Below are positions 36,201-49,159 of a stretch of 64,000 bases of DNA, piece by piece (position 1 is the first letter of the stretch; each line of letters begins with the position of its first letter). Position numbers and translations under genes: made by a program. The notes beneath the pieces are model-generated. The model saw only the letters and a program-made list of their open reading frames with translations. It searched no databases and was not told where the DNA came from. Origin of the DNA: Antedon mediterranea (taxonomy: Eukaryota > Animalia > Echinodermata); assembly GCF_964355755.1 (NCBI RefSeq), contig NC_092679.1:10213432-10277431 (forward strand), read 5' to 3'.

Positions 36201-39200
36201 AAACGTTTATTTAATGATGTTCCAGCATACTCGGCTGAACAATCGAATACCACACAAAGTTTTTTCTTTTTCGGGTGATATACACCATGATGGGGAACGT
36301 AATTAATTTCACCATTACGCATGTCCAGTTCGTTTACAGGAACCTTCTCTGAACAGTTCTCAAGAACATCTACCATAAAGTTCATGTAGTCATTTTTAAA
36401 TGTTGAATTATGATTTAGTTTGTGTTTAAGCTGTTTTAGACGCTTTAAAGCCATGTTACGATTATTCGGCATACCTTCTCTTATCTTAAAAGGCAGAGGC
36501 ATTTCGTAGTGATCATCTGTACGCTGAACTACATTTGATTCCATGATATCCATGAATTTACGATCATCGGCTGACATTGCAGATTGACCAGGCTTATCGT
36601 CATTAAAATCTAGTTCATACATTATCAAAATCATCTCTTTGGCATTAGTTTGACTTACCAAACGATTCTTCGGTGATACAATCGAGTCTTTTTCCGAAGC
36701 AACCATGTGATTAGACACCGACACTTCCGGAACCTTTTGGCACATGGTGCCCACAACACCCCATCCAAGAGCTGATAGTTGTCCGTATGGTTCATCTTCT
36801 CCACCAGCTATTATGTCTCTAGGTCTAATGGCATTTGGAACATTGTTTCCTATTAACATTGCTATCGGCACATTCTGTATATAAGGAACAATAACAGATG
36901 AAATGCGGTTCAAGTGAGTCCACTTACTTGCAACAGCTGGAGTAGGGATTTGAGACCTGGTGGCTGGAATTTGATCTCTAGAAAAAACTGTAGGAACTGG
37001 TATCACAGTCTTTCGGTCAAAGCTAACAACTTCCATGTGGCTAAACTTGCGACATGACACGGATGATTTGCTATGCATAGTTGACAGAAGTAGATTGGTT
37101 TTATTCCCCTCCAACTTTAGTTTCTCAGCAATGCTATCTGAAATAAAACAAGTATTAGACTGGGGGTCCAAAATACAATAGATTAGAATTTCATTCTGTG
37201 GACATCGAGAACTTCGAAACCAAACAGGCACTATCATAGAAGTATTTGATGATTTACTTGTAACGGAGGTGCACAAAGACGTATTAACAGTGCGTTTATC
37301 GTTTTGCTTAAAAATATGCAAGCTTGATAAATGTTTGTTTTTACAATGTTTACATGTTATAGCATTAGAGCACTGGTATGCTAGATGTTCATTAGTTACA
37401 TTAGTTACATTACATCCGTAACATAACTTGTGTTCACACAGATATTGCTTTCGGTCACGTCTTGTCAGCTTATTAAAACCTTCGCAGTCATCTATATGAT
37501 GGTCCTTAGTGCAATACGTACAGAGCACGTTCACTTTGGTGGCAAATGATTGAGATGTTTGTCGGCGTTGATGCTTCTTCTCTGGTTCATCAATCCGTGG
37601 TACGGTTGGTTGTTGAATAAACATTGGTATATTGGCTTCATCAGCCCTTGCTCTGACAAAACCTGTAAATATTTCAAAACTTGGAAAAGAGTCAACATTA
37701 GCATAAGATTGTACAATATTTCGCCACTTATTTTCTATGAAATAAGGTACCTTCTTTATTAGTTTAAGGTTCTCTTGAGAGTAATCTAAAACTCCCAAAT
37801 CCGAAATCTTTTGTTTAGCTACCACGATTTCGTTAAGAAAATCTGAAAATACTCTAAGACCAGGCGCATCTCTTGGTTGGATCTTTGGCCAACTTTCTAA
37901 CTTGTACAAAAACGCCTTAGAAATAACAGCATTGTTACCATATCTATTTTTAAGTTCACTACGTGCACGATAATAACCTTCTTCCGACTGTAGTAACATA
38001 TAGTTACTTATCATGGCTAGCGGCTCTCCTGACAGATGTTGACTTAGTAAGTTCAACTTTTCATTCACTGATACGGCTTTAGATTCAATTAAAGAGGTAA
38101 ATGCACATTCCCACATGGGGTATTTTAAAGGGTTTCCATCAAACCTTTTCACCCTTACTGTTGGTAATCGTAATGAATTTATTAACTCTTTCATAACCGG
38201 TACTTGTGGCTGATAAACAGTGAAGGTTGCACAAATGGTGACGAAATCGGAAAGTTTTGTGATGAGACTGGCGTCGTGGCTTGACATGCAACACGCTGTG
38301 GTGGTAACGTAGTAACAAGTGATGGTGCAATCTGAAAGTTCATATTTTGTGATGAAACTGGAATCAAGAATTGAGACTCCACACGCTGTGGTGGTAATGA
38401 AGTAACAAGTGAATATGGAGTAAACGATGATGGAACTGTAATGTGTTGAGATGGAGTAAACGATATTGTGGATGTTACTCTAACTGGCACAAATGTCGAC
38501 GGAAGCAACAAAGATGACGTTGCCCGAACAGGCATAGAGTTAGTATTCTTAGTCATTGTAGGTACCGGTATTTGAGCAAAAACACACGTCGGTACAGGAA
38601 TTGTCATAGCTTCAGGTGCGGTAATTATTGGCAATGATATAGTAGGAACTGTTATATATGAAGTAGATGCAATCGACGACGTAACAACCCCAGGTATTGG
38701 CGCATACTGCCCAAATTAAGATACCGTTGTTGGCCGTTTATACGTATTGTAATATTGTGTTGCATTAACTGAATTACGTTCAACGTTCTTCTCGGGAATG
38801 TTATCAACATATTGTTGAATATCATCTGTAGATTGTGTAGGTAATTCGTCTAAGTACTCCATAAATGAGGTAACGGATTTAGAATCTAATTGTTTTACCT
38901 TACTTAGAACGGCGTCCACCTTGGCAAGTTCCTTCTCCTGCTGAAGTTTCCTTAATTTTGTTTCATTGTCAAGGTGCAAATGTTTCAACCGCATTTCTTC
39001 TTCCGCAAATTCCAGCTCCACTTTAACGGACACCTTTTGTTCTTCCAAGTTCAATAATTTCTCCTTTATGTCAAATCTTGAACTTCTAGCAGAAGAACGA
39101 GTTCGCATAGACCGCGTAGATTTGCTGGCTGCACTTGTTCCAAATGAACGAGATGAATTTCTAGATGAATCCCGATTTTCCTGTGCCAACTCCATCCTGT

Positions 39201-39312
39201 ATTGGTTTCCTTTTTCAGTTTGAGTGGGCACCTTCCTCAAATTGTATCCACCTAAACCAAACTTCAAATCGTCTTCCATTCCGCAACACATAATAAACAA
39301 TTGGGTTAACAA
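33208..39312 (-). pseudogene. BEL/Pao gag-pol polyprotein (gag, Cys/His knuckles, PR, RT, RNase H, integrase, DUF5641-like tail) with frameshifts, a SINE insertion and an integrase deletion
   Basis: FDGNPLKY (DUF1759-like); CTYC..HHIDDC, CYGC, CKHC; ILDPQSN; VVFDCSA..SLNKRLLQGPD; FYVDDG; FSDASE; TIPRLEL; WCDS; GGIWERQIR; NSRPL; RRWRRVQHL..FW.RW.KEYL. Confidence 0.93.
34915..35180 (+). mobile_element. tRNA-derived SINE inserted in BEL RNase H
   Basis: A-box TGGCCTGGTGG, anticodon-like loop CTGCCAA, B-box GGTTCAAGTCC, A-rich tail. TSD ACGTG at 34910-34914 and 35181-35185. Removing it restores AILSARMSGLITREL. Confidence 0.88.
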
Positions 39313-40034
39313 ATTCGATTAGTTTCCGCAACGCAGATAACAATGGAGGCCTCCGCAACACAGAGACAACCTAGATCACCAAATTATTTTGTAACAATTA
39401 GCAATCAATTATTATACAGTCTTGATCAGTTTCTGCAACTCAAAAACAATGGCGGACTTCGCAATCAACCACAGTGGCTTCAATGACTTATAGGTACTTC
39501 CTATAACGGCACAATTTATTATTGTAGTAAAGCGACACTTTATTAATAACTCGTACACGAAGGCTTAATTTTTATGCAGGGTTTATTCTTTGAATAACGT
39601 ATAATACTACAATACATATCCTGGAAACACTGATAATAAATTGTAAGGCCTCGCACATACACCGCCTTCGACCACAATGTCCTTTCAATGCCGTTTTACG
39701 TGATTGGCATTATACTGTAGTGTATAAGCATAATTTGCATATAAGTGTACTTGTAGTAAAGCGACACTTTATTAATAACTCGTACACGAAGGCTTAATTT
39801 TTATGCAGGGTTTATTCTTTGAATAACGTATAATACTACAATACATATCCTGGAAACACTGATAATAAATTGTAAGGCCTCGCACATACACCGCCTTCGA
39901 CCACAATGTCCTTTCAATGCCGTTTTACGTGATTGGCATTATACTGTAGTGTATAAGCATAATTTGCATATAAGTGGATAAATACCACAACAATAGAGGG
40001 CGCACACTTTAACACTTGTACTGATAATGCAAAT

Positions 40035-42230
40035 ATGGTGCAACCTCATAATCATGTTACCTCTGTAAATAATAAGAAACAATATTATAATGATAGTTAT
40101 GTAAATAATGAACACCTTAGTTCACCCATAAAAAAAAGAGTTAGAAGAGGGAAAAAGAAATCTTCAAAATTGAATTCAAACATCAAAATTGCCTTTCATA
40201 TATTAGAGGGTATAAAAGTAAGAAAAAAGAAATAAGTTATATAATTCAACAACAAAAATGTGGAATGGTTGAAACATAATGATGAAGTCATTGATATTAC
40301 AAATTACAATTGGATTTGAAAAAACAGACAAATCGGTGCCAAAAAATCACAAGATGGAATTGGATTGCTTATAAATAAAAATATTAAAATTTTGGGAAAA
40401 TAATCTTTTAAATTCACAATCAGATGACTTAGAAAGGTGTTGGACAAAGGTACAATTTGGAGGTAACACATACTATATATACCATGTGAAGGGTCTAATA
40501 AATGCCTAACCGATGAATTGTATACAGCTCTGGTTTCGGAAATTTTTATAATTAAAGATAATAATGAAGATGCTAAAATCATTATCCTTGGGTATTTTAA
40601 TGGTAAAGTAGGTAACATGATTAAAGGGGGAGATCCTATTACTAATTATAATGGCCAATGGTTAATTGACCTTTGTAATAATGGAGAATTAACTATGCTT
40701 AACGCCTCTGACAAATGTGCTGGAACTTAACTTAGGTACAAAAGAACCAAGCCAGCATACTAGATTACGCCAAGAAACCTATGAAGTAACAAAAGGATTG
40801 TTTATTGATGAATTGGACTGTATAATTATGGAAGTGATCATAACATGCTTGTAATCACATTAATAGAGAATAATATTTGTAAAACATGTAAGGTGACAAA
40901 AACTAAAACAAAACATTGTAATATCCCTAAAGATTGGAGTGATTTTAGTAATTACTAACATTAACTATGACTTTAAAGATTGGGATCCTAGTCGTTTGGA
41001 TGCAAACGATGCTTGGGTAGTAGAGTGAAAAAACAAAGTTACGCTATAGGTTGCAGAGAATACAATAGGCTATAAGAAAACGAGATCAAACAAAAAGAGA
41101 TGGTTTGATAAAGAAACAAATATGCGATAAATCAACGAAGACAATCGTGTCGAGCATATAGATTATATTCTAAGAATAAACATAATATTGATTTTGATAT
41201 CAATTATTGTAATTCTCTATGGAAAACATACCAAGAGAAGCGGAAATTCTGTAAATCACTTTTTAAACGTAAAATTATGCAAAAGAAAAATCAAATTGCT
41301 CAAAAATTATGGATCAAGGAGACCAATCTAAATAAATTTGGCAATGAACTCAAAAGCAAACGACAGAAACAAAATTATAATACCAGGAACCTCAAGATAT
41401 TCGCTAAAATTACACTTCGGCAATATTGCAAAATTTAATACAACCAAAATAGTAACGATATTCTCCACTCTTCCCACGATAATAATAATAATAGTAACAG
41501 TAATGATATTCAGTGTGATCATATTTTAGATAATGTAAATATTTCATTTGATGATGTCGCTTATGTTATATCAAAGGCAAAAAATAACAAAAGTCCAGGT
41601 ATTGACTCTATAACAAACGAAATGTTAAAAAACGGAGGTAATCTAATCACATTATCACTCCAAAAATTGTTTACCAGAATTATACAAACTGAAACTATAC
41701 CGAATGAATGGAATGAAGGGATAATTATCCCAATATTTAAAAAAGGAGATCGACGTGATCTCAACAACTGTCGAGGTATCACACTTAATTCATGTGTTTT
41801 TTAATTTAATTTTTAATCGAATTATTGCATATAATATTTCTCAATTTTTAGAAGAAAATGACATCCTTGGTGAAGTTCAAAGAGGCTTTCGGACAGACAG
41901 AAGATTTGAAGACCACATTTTTGTCTTGAAAAGCATTATCGCCACAAGGCGTGCTGAGGGTAAAAAAACGTTTCTGGCCTTTTTGGACTTTAAAAAAGCC
42001 TTAGATTCAGTTTGGCGACAAGGGTTAATTACTGCTGCCAAAAGAATTGGTATTCGTGGTAAACTTCTTAACTTACTAAGAAATATGTACAATGATGTTA
42101 AATGCAAAGTTGTGTTCAATGACTTAGAATCTGATAAGTTTAGCATTAATGAAGGAGTAGCTGTTCATTGTCAACAGTCTTTTTTTCTATATACATTAAC
42201 GAACTAAATAACCTAATCAAAAGTCATAAA
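40035..42230 (+). mobile_element. Heavily decayed RTE/RTE-X-like LINE (APE plus RT N-terminal half), 3'-truncated
   Basis: IIILGYFNGKVG..NYNGQWLIDLC; GSDHNML; NNKSPGIDSITNEMLK; PIFKKGD..NNCRGITL; QRGFR..EDHIFVLKSII; FLDFKKALDSVWR. Confidence 0.8.
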
Positions 42231-42829
42231 CAACTTGACATGCTTGTATCTTGGTAACCATTAATCATGGAGACTTGGTTTTGGTCTTAAATTGTTTAGA
42301 AGATACATATTCCTATTCTTCATAATGAAACATTTTGTCCACAAGTGACCAGAAATGATATTTTTGACGTTTTGACCTTTGACCTCAGCTTATTATATCT
42401 CAATAACTACTGGTCGCATAATCTTCATATTGGTCTCAAATTGTTAAGAACATGTATGTTCCTATTTGGTATAATGGAGCATTATGTACAATTTTGACAA
42501 GAAGTATGGTTTTATTAACTTTTAACCTTATATGTGAAAAGAGCACCAAACTTGAGAAAAAAATCACATTTTAAATGTTTTTGAGGGTGGGGGAGGGGAT
42601 TATTCATCATGTAATAACACCGAAACTTGGATATTTCTCCCAGTCGTTTACTTACTAAAGATTCCTTATTATTGGTAATAGTTTAAAATCTACATGTAAT
42701 TATAGACGTACAATGATATTATTTTTACCAAATAATCAACTTTATTTAAAACATACACATATACATAGACGAAAGCTGATGATTTTTTTGTTGTTGAGAC
42801 TAGCCAGATTATTACTGTGTCAGTAAAGC

Positions 42830-44801
42830 CTAGGTGTCTTCATCAGAAAAATCATGGTCACTTAATGAAAAGTTACATGAGCCATTTTCACATTTGCCCA
42901 TACATGACCCACATGCACTTAAGCATTTAAGCTTACTCTTTCTACAATTACATCTATTCGTTGTACACATCTCATTACCATTTCCAGATTTACAGTTACA
43001 ACACCTTGTCAGGCTTCCGTAAAAATTCAGAGGTATCATACAGGGATGTTGGTATAGGTGTCAGTTCATATTTTAATGTTTCACGTAGTGAAAAGTTATC
43101 ACGTTCACTGAGAAGGACAAGTCTTGTAAATAGGGTTGTATTGTTGACATAAGCATTCTTTCCTCCAACTTTCACACATTTTTGTAGACATGATAATGGT
43201 TTAATGTTTCGTGTAGACATTCTGTGATTCAGAGGTTTAGCATCTACTTGTTTCTGTATTGTAACACCTATATTGTAGCCATTGTCACAATTTACTTCGT
43301 TGACGAATTCAGTGGATAAACCTGTCGACAGTGAAACGATAATTTTACTATTCTGTGGATCTTCAAATGGAGAACGTTCATTGAACCAATTGAGTACTTG
43401 ATCGAAGGTAGATGTGTCAATTTTCATTGCACTTTGTGAGCATTCTTTGTGTGGCAGGTTTATGGCAGTAGTTGAAGTACCCCTCATCCCGCCCATAGAC
43501 AAACCGCCCTGTGATTTTGAATGTCTCATAAGGGTCTGTTCAATTGCTATGTCACTCCATACACCTGCCCACTGTTTTTCGTTATATCTGATGGTATGAT
43601 CCCATTGCAGAATATCGCCCATGTGACAGGATCATCTTTTTTCAGCTGCAACATAGTCTGAAGGTATATACGGCTGCCTTTAGCATAGTGAGCATGTCCA
43701 CACGCTGCAAAATAAGGCAGCATTTGTCCAACTGCCTCAATGTGTAGTTCCCAGTTGTTTTCTCGTTCAGCTCTTATGAAGTTTCGTACTATTATTGTTA
43801 CCATATAATGAAACTCCGTCCACAGCTTTGCAGTCCTAGATTTCTTGGATATTGCGTCTAGTTGTTTGCTTAACTGCAAATTTATGTTTTCAGCATGTTG
43901 CAAAATTTCCGTGTTGGCTCATATTGGCCGGATACTTGATCTTCAGCTGGTCGAATGGTTCAAAGACTACAGTGTTTAGACTGCTGACTGAGGATGAAGG
44001 ATAGTAAGTTATAGGAATTGCAGCATCCTTTAAAATTTTGGTTGTATCTAAATCCTTCATTTGTCTGCGGTGTATTCTATAGGTTGTGTTGATAATATGA
44101 TGAGCAGGTGTTCCACTATTATCATTTGTCATCTTGATCAACCCCATTGCATGAAATGATGTATTCCCGTGCAATGAACGAATGTCCAAATCAAGGTTAT
44201 CACCAGCAAACTGAACAATCTTAGTATTGCTACTGTTATTATCATTAGTACTAATTCTCATATCATTCATTTGACTGATGTAGTTATATTTATAACGACG
44301 TAATTCATTATAACTCTCACAACATCCTAATCTATTCAGTCTATTAATTAACCACTTAGAACCAAACTTATGATCAAGTTGAATTGAAAGACCAAGCATT
44401 GGCCCGCTTACATATGTATTCGGCCGACATGCCTTAAAAATGTTCTGACTAAGGTTATTAGCAACATGTTCAGATCTAATCATATTATGTAAAAATCGAT
44501 TTAATGATTCTGGAACTGTGCCTATTGGACCTATCATATCCTGAATGGATGGATATACAGATGTACTTAACTTTAAACATTTTATATCATCATAAATCAA
44601 CCTGGATGCAGTCAGGATAATTTTTAACTTTTCAGTGTCTGTGTCCTCCCTAGTAGAACTCCAATAATCTCTTAATATTTCATTTTGGGTACTCTTAAAG
44701 CATACGATATCTTTTCTGCCCTCTTCAAGAAGTAGTTTTTTCAAATACTTTGAACTGTAAAAGAAATCACTATTACTCCCATCATCTGATAACTCTCTCA
44801 T
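42830..44801 (-). pseudogene. Academ transposase remnant joined directly to the Cys-rich finger (XPG domain deleted)
   Basis: FGSKWLINRLNRLG..SY.E..; GDNLD..SLHGNTSFHAMG; FIRAERENNWELH..MLPYFAACGHAHYAK..IYLQ.M; VWSDIAIEQTLMR..KSQGG; YELTPIPTSL..LRKPDK, followed immediately by CNCKSG..C..NRCNCRK..KCLSACGSC..C. Confidence 0.85.
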
Positions 44802-45372
44802 TATTTCACATAGGTCTTCAGTTGTATAAGAACCAGTTTCTGCTATATATTCTATTTATGCTTACCAAAATTGCATTTGATATGCTGTTGCTGCACTCTT
44901 TCTAACAAACATTTGAAATGTAGTCTGCTAGATGGCGCTTCCTGATTGGTCAAAAAGTTTAGCCTATGTACAGCCATGTGGTGGCGGTGTTAATACTTGA
45001 ATTATATTATTAATAATAATTGAATAATATTGGTTAATTGGGTTCAACGGTCAATAAATGGTATTTCTACTTGCTTTATAGAAAAATGTGTCATTACTGC
45101 AAATATAAAGTTGTACATTATAAACAAATTAAGACCAAAACCAACTCTCTAGCTCAAATAGTTATGTAGCTATGAAACATCCGGTCAAGAAAGGTCAAAG
45201 GTCAGAAATAGCATTGCTGGTAATTTTTTAGAAAAATATTCCATTATTGCAAATAGGAAATTGTACATTGCGAACAATTTGAGACTAAAATTAAGCATCT
45301 ACACTGTGTGGTTAACGAAGTACTAACTCGTTACTAAAAATAGATTGACCTTTATATAAAAGGTCATAACTC

Positions 45373-46339
45373 TAGTCTGGGTTGCAGACGGAGTTTTGTC
45401 TTAATATTAGTAAAAAGAAAAATATTTTGGCACATATGGCATTTCATACGTATACTGTACTACTTGATTTTGGATACTCCGTCTGGGGAAACACGCACAA
45501 GTCACGTGGTTTGACACCAAGAATTCTTGGTGCATACGATTATCCGGTTGACTAGTTTCAGCTGCATGCGATTGGCTACTCACTCGTACACCGTTTTAAT
45601 ATTCATATTTCAGAATTTCAAAGACTCAACAACTAAGAGGATGCGCATGCGCTATGTTACGTTTAGACAATGTGTACTTGGGTACATTTATGAACGTTTC
45701 TGAAGGCTAGATATTATTTTATATGCCTAGTAGTCTGGTAAACATTTGATGGGATTTTTAAATTTCCCAAGAACATGAAAACTCGTCTTGATATGATAGG
45801 CTAGCTTCTCCGCAAATCAAACATTGAATGGATCATTTATTACGCGGAGATAATTTTGATTTAATTCTCACCCAGATCCTGTCCTACTGTGTGGTGGTGT
45901 AGACCTGTTGTGTGCTGGTGGTGGTATGTAGGCCTACTTAATTGGCGTTTTATTTGGCAGGTCATACGTGCGAATTGAGTAGGACCTACGAAAGAGGCCT
46001 AGGCCAAGGACTAAACAATTAATAAACAAAACAACTTGGCATTACGATTTTATATTTCAACAGTCTCGATCGTACATTCAGCACTGCACGTACTCGATCT
46101 TTTTCATTTTGAAACAAAATGATCATTGGTTGATTCGAAATCTATATTTACATACCGCCCGCCCCATATAGCCAAATACGGTATGATAACCTACGTCATT
46201 CTTACCGAATGTTTGCGGTCTGCAAATCGATTTCTATACGTGTTTCACAAGTCTGTATTTTCAGACAAAAATCGCGGTCGAAATAAAAAACAAATAAATA
46301 AAAAAAAAAAGAAGATAATACAGAATTGGGGCAAGTCTA
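45373..46339. mobile_element. 967-bp non-autonomous AcademH-type element inserted in the AcademX TIR
   Basis: TAGTCT...AGTCTA termini. 10-bp TSD GTCATAACTC at 45363-45372 and 46340-46349. Subterminal inverted repeat CAGACGGAGT (~45385) / ACTCCGTCTG (~45476). Confidence 0.8.
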
Positions 46340-46489
46340 GTCATAACTCCTTCCCCCATAGAGAAAATCACTAGAACTTTTTTTTGGTGACCCCTGGGAC
46401 TTATATGTTAAGTTTGATGATAAAAATCCTTTGTAAATAATTTTTTCCAGGTTTGGTTAAAAAATGACGTTTTTAACCCTAACTATATG

Positions 46490-47109
46490 GCCAGGAATCG
46501 ATGTGGTTATGTTTTCACGGTGCGCAATAAAAAATTACGCGGTCTACGCACGATTTAACGAAATCACGTTTGTAATCATATCTTCACAACCATGAATCAC
46601 AATTAAATAAAATTTGGTACTCTTAAATTTCAGGGCATAAATCATCATATGGCAATACAATTACGTGCGTAGCGCATGTAACGCATGCGTACGCGCGCTT
46701 AAAATTTTCAAAATTTATTTTCGATGAAATAAGAGTACGTTTCAGGCAATTTTAAGCGTTTACAAAATTGCCATGAGTGCGCATATTTTTGCGCGCGCAC
46801 TACGCGTTAAATGTTATTGCGCACTCTTTTTGCCCGATTTCTGTTTTCTTGACTTACTTTTCAACTCGAAATTACGTTATACGAGCACATCAAAAGTGAC
46901 AGGCTACGCACGTGTAAATTAAAAAAATATAAATGTTTTTAAACATTTCAACATTTTTAAACATGTTTAGTAATTTCGGTCAGTATAGTTCACTATGTCG
47001 GTCTGTCTGTCGGTCTGTCGGTCTGTCGGTCTGTCGGTCTGTCGGTCTGTCTGTCGGTCCGGTATCACTATGCATTGTAGCACGCGACTTAATGGCTGTG
47101 GGCCTTGTT
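46490..47109 (+). mobile_element. Helentron/DINE-1-like non-autonomous element part with (GTCG/GTCT)n microsatellite
   Basis: TATAGTTCACTAT followed by CGGTCTGT repeats (46996-47060). 3' end GCACGCGACTT...GGCCTTGTT. Confidence 0.5.
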
Positions 47110-47219
47110 ACTATTTCATTTTACTTGTATAATTCGCTTCTTATTTAAGAGTTAAATGTTATTTTTGATACTTTTCTTTTTGTTTTTACATTGCCGCTGA
47201 TACAAAAGCGTTTGTTCAA

Positions 47220-47565
47220 TAAATTTATTTTATCTTATCTTATCAACCAATTATCAAAATTAGTAATTATCAACTATCAATTAAATATTACTGATTTATC
47301 AACTGCATTTATTGTGTTGATAAGTTGATCAGCTACATCTACTATCATCTAAACATGTAAACAATTATTAACTTATAAACTACATTTAATAAGTTTAAAT
47401 CAACTAAATAGCTACTAATTCTCAACTACATCTACTATTATCAAATCAATTAAACAATTAAATACTTATAACCTTATAAACTACATTTAATAAGTTTAAA
47501 TCAACTAAACAGTTACTAATTCTCAACTACATCTACTATTATCAAATCAACTAAACAATTAAAGA
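47220..47565. repeat. ~95-bp tandem repeat, ~2.5-3 copies
   Basis: CTACATCTACTATTATCAAATCAA...CTTATAAACTACATTTAATAAGTTTAAATCAACTAAA recurs at ~47333, ~47426 and ~47526. Confidence 0.8.
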
Positions 47566-47779
47566 CCGGGCGCCCAGAGAATTTATTCATGTGAAAAGCC
47601 ACAAAAGGTTTGATGGGCTGATTATGTAGATATATGGCTAAGATTCAATAATCAATATCCTGTAAATGTTTCCTGGGGACAACAAATAGGAGGGGTAAAA
47701 ATGGATTTTGTGAAAAGCAACACGGATGAAAGTTGTTGGACATTGTCCGCATATATGTGTATAGAATGTTAAAATTACA

Positions 47780-48175
47780 GCAATGACAGCAACTGTATCC
47801 TGTAAGTCCCCGAGACAGTAGTAATTGGTGTTATTCATGTCAAGAGCCACACGGCTAATTCTTTTTGCATTGTAACTGTCACACATTGGGATGCACACAA
47901 ATACCATTTACAGAAACTTTATCCTGTAAGTTGCCCCAGACAGTAGCCCAAAAATGCCCGTTGGGCCATACAAGATGTAATCATGCAACCACACGGCTAA
48001 TTTTTGCATTGTAACTGTTACACATTGGGATGCACAACAATACCATTGACAGCAACCTTATCCTGTAAGTTTCTCCAGACAGTAGCCCAAAAATGCCCGT
48101 TGAGCCATACAAGCCCGCATACAAGATTTAATAATCAAGCCACACGTCAAAATCCCTTTTACATTGTAACATAAT
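47780..48175. repeat. ~135-bp tandem repeat, ~3 copies; diverged inverted copies at ~52000-52310
   Basis: TATCCTGTAAGT..AGACAGTAG..CCACACGGCTAATT..GCATTGTAAC..TGGGATGCAC..ATACCATT recurs. Confidence 0.75.
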
Positions 48176-48299
48176 TCCATGGTTTGCTTACATATTACAG
48201 TATATGATACTTAATAACTATCTGTACCAGATATAATAGGCTACACATTATTTGCATATTTGTTTCATATAAGTTATCACACATCAAATGTAACTTTTT

Positions 48300-49150
48300 T
48301 TTTGCTGCTGGTGGTATCTACAATATCTAAGCTAGGCCAGTTGGGGGAATGGAGTCTCTAGTCGAACTTTAGAGGGGTCTGCCAGGGCCAAGGCAGTGTA
48401 CAGATAGTTTGTAATAGGTCATTTGGTGATTGCTTACAATGTGCTAAATCATATAACATTGGTTGCTGGTGGTATCTACAATATCTAAGCTGGGCTAGTT
48501 GGGGAAAGAGGGGTCTCCAGTCTAACTTTAGAGGGGTCTGCCAGGGCCAAGGCAGTGTACAGATAGTCTGTAATAGGTCATTTGGTATTGTTTACAATGT
48601 GCTAAATCATATAACATTGGTTGCTGGTGGTATCTACAATATCTAAGCTGGGCTAGTTGGGGGAAGGGGGGCCTCTAGTCTAACTTTAGGGTGTCTGGCA
48701 CTTGCGGTGCAGCAGACAATTAGTCTGTTGTTATCCATTTAGTATTGTATGAACACAACTTGTTCATTTGGAATTAATTTTGAGTGGTACCTCACTCATC
48801 TATGCTAACCCCATTTTAGGCCCTCCCTCAGGGGGTCTGGCGGGCCTTTTGCAGCAGAGAAAAAGTCTGTCGTTTGTGATACTGGTATAAGGATCCCAAT
48901 GGGCATCCCATGGTGGTAAAATTAGATGGTATCTCTCTCATCTAACCTGGGCCGATTGTTTAGCACGTTTCGGGGTCCCCCCGGTCTAGACGCAGCAGGG
49001 GTACCCGGCAGACTCCCATTTTCATGGACTTCAAGTGACCCCCCAACACACTCAAATAGTCAGATATTGGTACCTAGCCCATCTAACCAAATGTCTCTGG
49101 GCTGCCGGTCTAATAGTGAACTATAGAGTCGCTTCCACGCGACTAAAAAT
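48300..49150 (-). mobile_element. Helentron-like element 5' end with internal ~159-bp tandem repeat (48305-48690, ~2.4 copies)
   Basis: Minus strand begins TTTTTAGTCGCGTGGAAGCGACTCTATAGTTCACTAT (short AGTCGC/GCGACT hairpin; TATAGTTCACTAT shared with 46984). GCTGGTGGTATCTACAATATCTAAGC at ~48307, ~48465 and ~48624. Confidence 0.5.
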
Positions 49151-49159
49151 GAATATTTG

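Larger units (their letters stand above)
32757..40014 (-). mobile_element. BEL/Pao LTR retrotransposon, near full length, defective
   Basis: 263-bp LTR TGTTAAAG...CTACA at 40014-39752, a partial tandem copy at 39747-39523, and a truncated 3' LTR at 32940-32757. PPT AGGGAGCCA precedes 32940. Internal gag-pol follows. Confidence 0.95.
42232..46485 (-). mobile_element. Internally deleted AcademX transposon; left terminus lost, right terminus ...ACCCTAACTA
   Basis: Subterminal repeats (TTTTGGTCTCAAA...GACCTTTGACC), like those of 932-4838, at 42240-42530 and inverted at 45040-45370. The arm continues after the MITE to CTA at 46483-46485. Confidence 0.75.
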
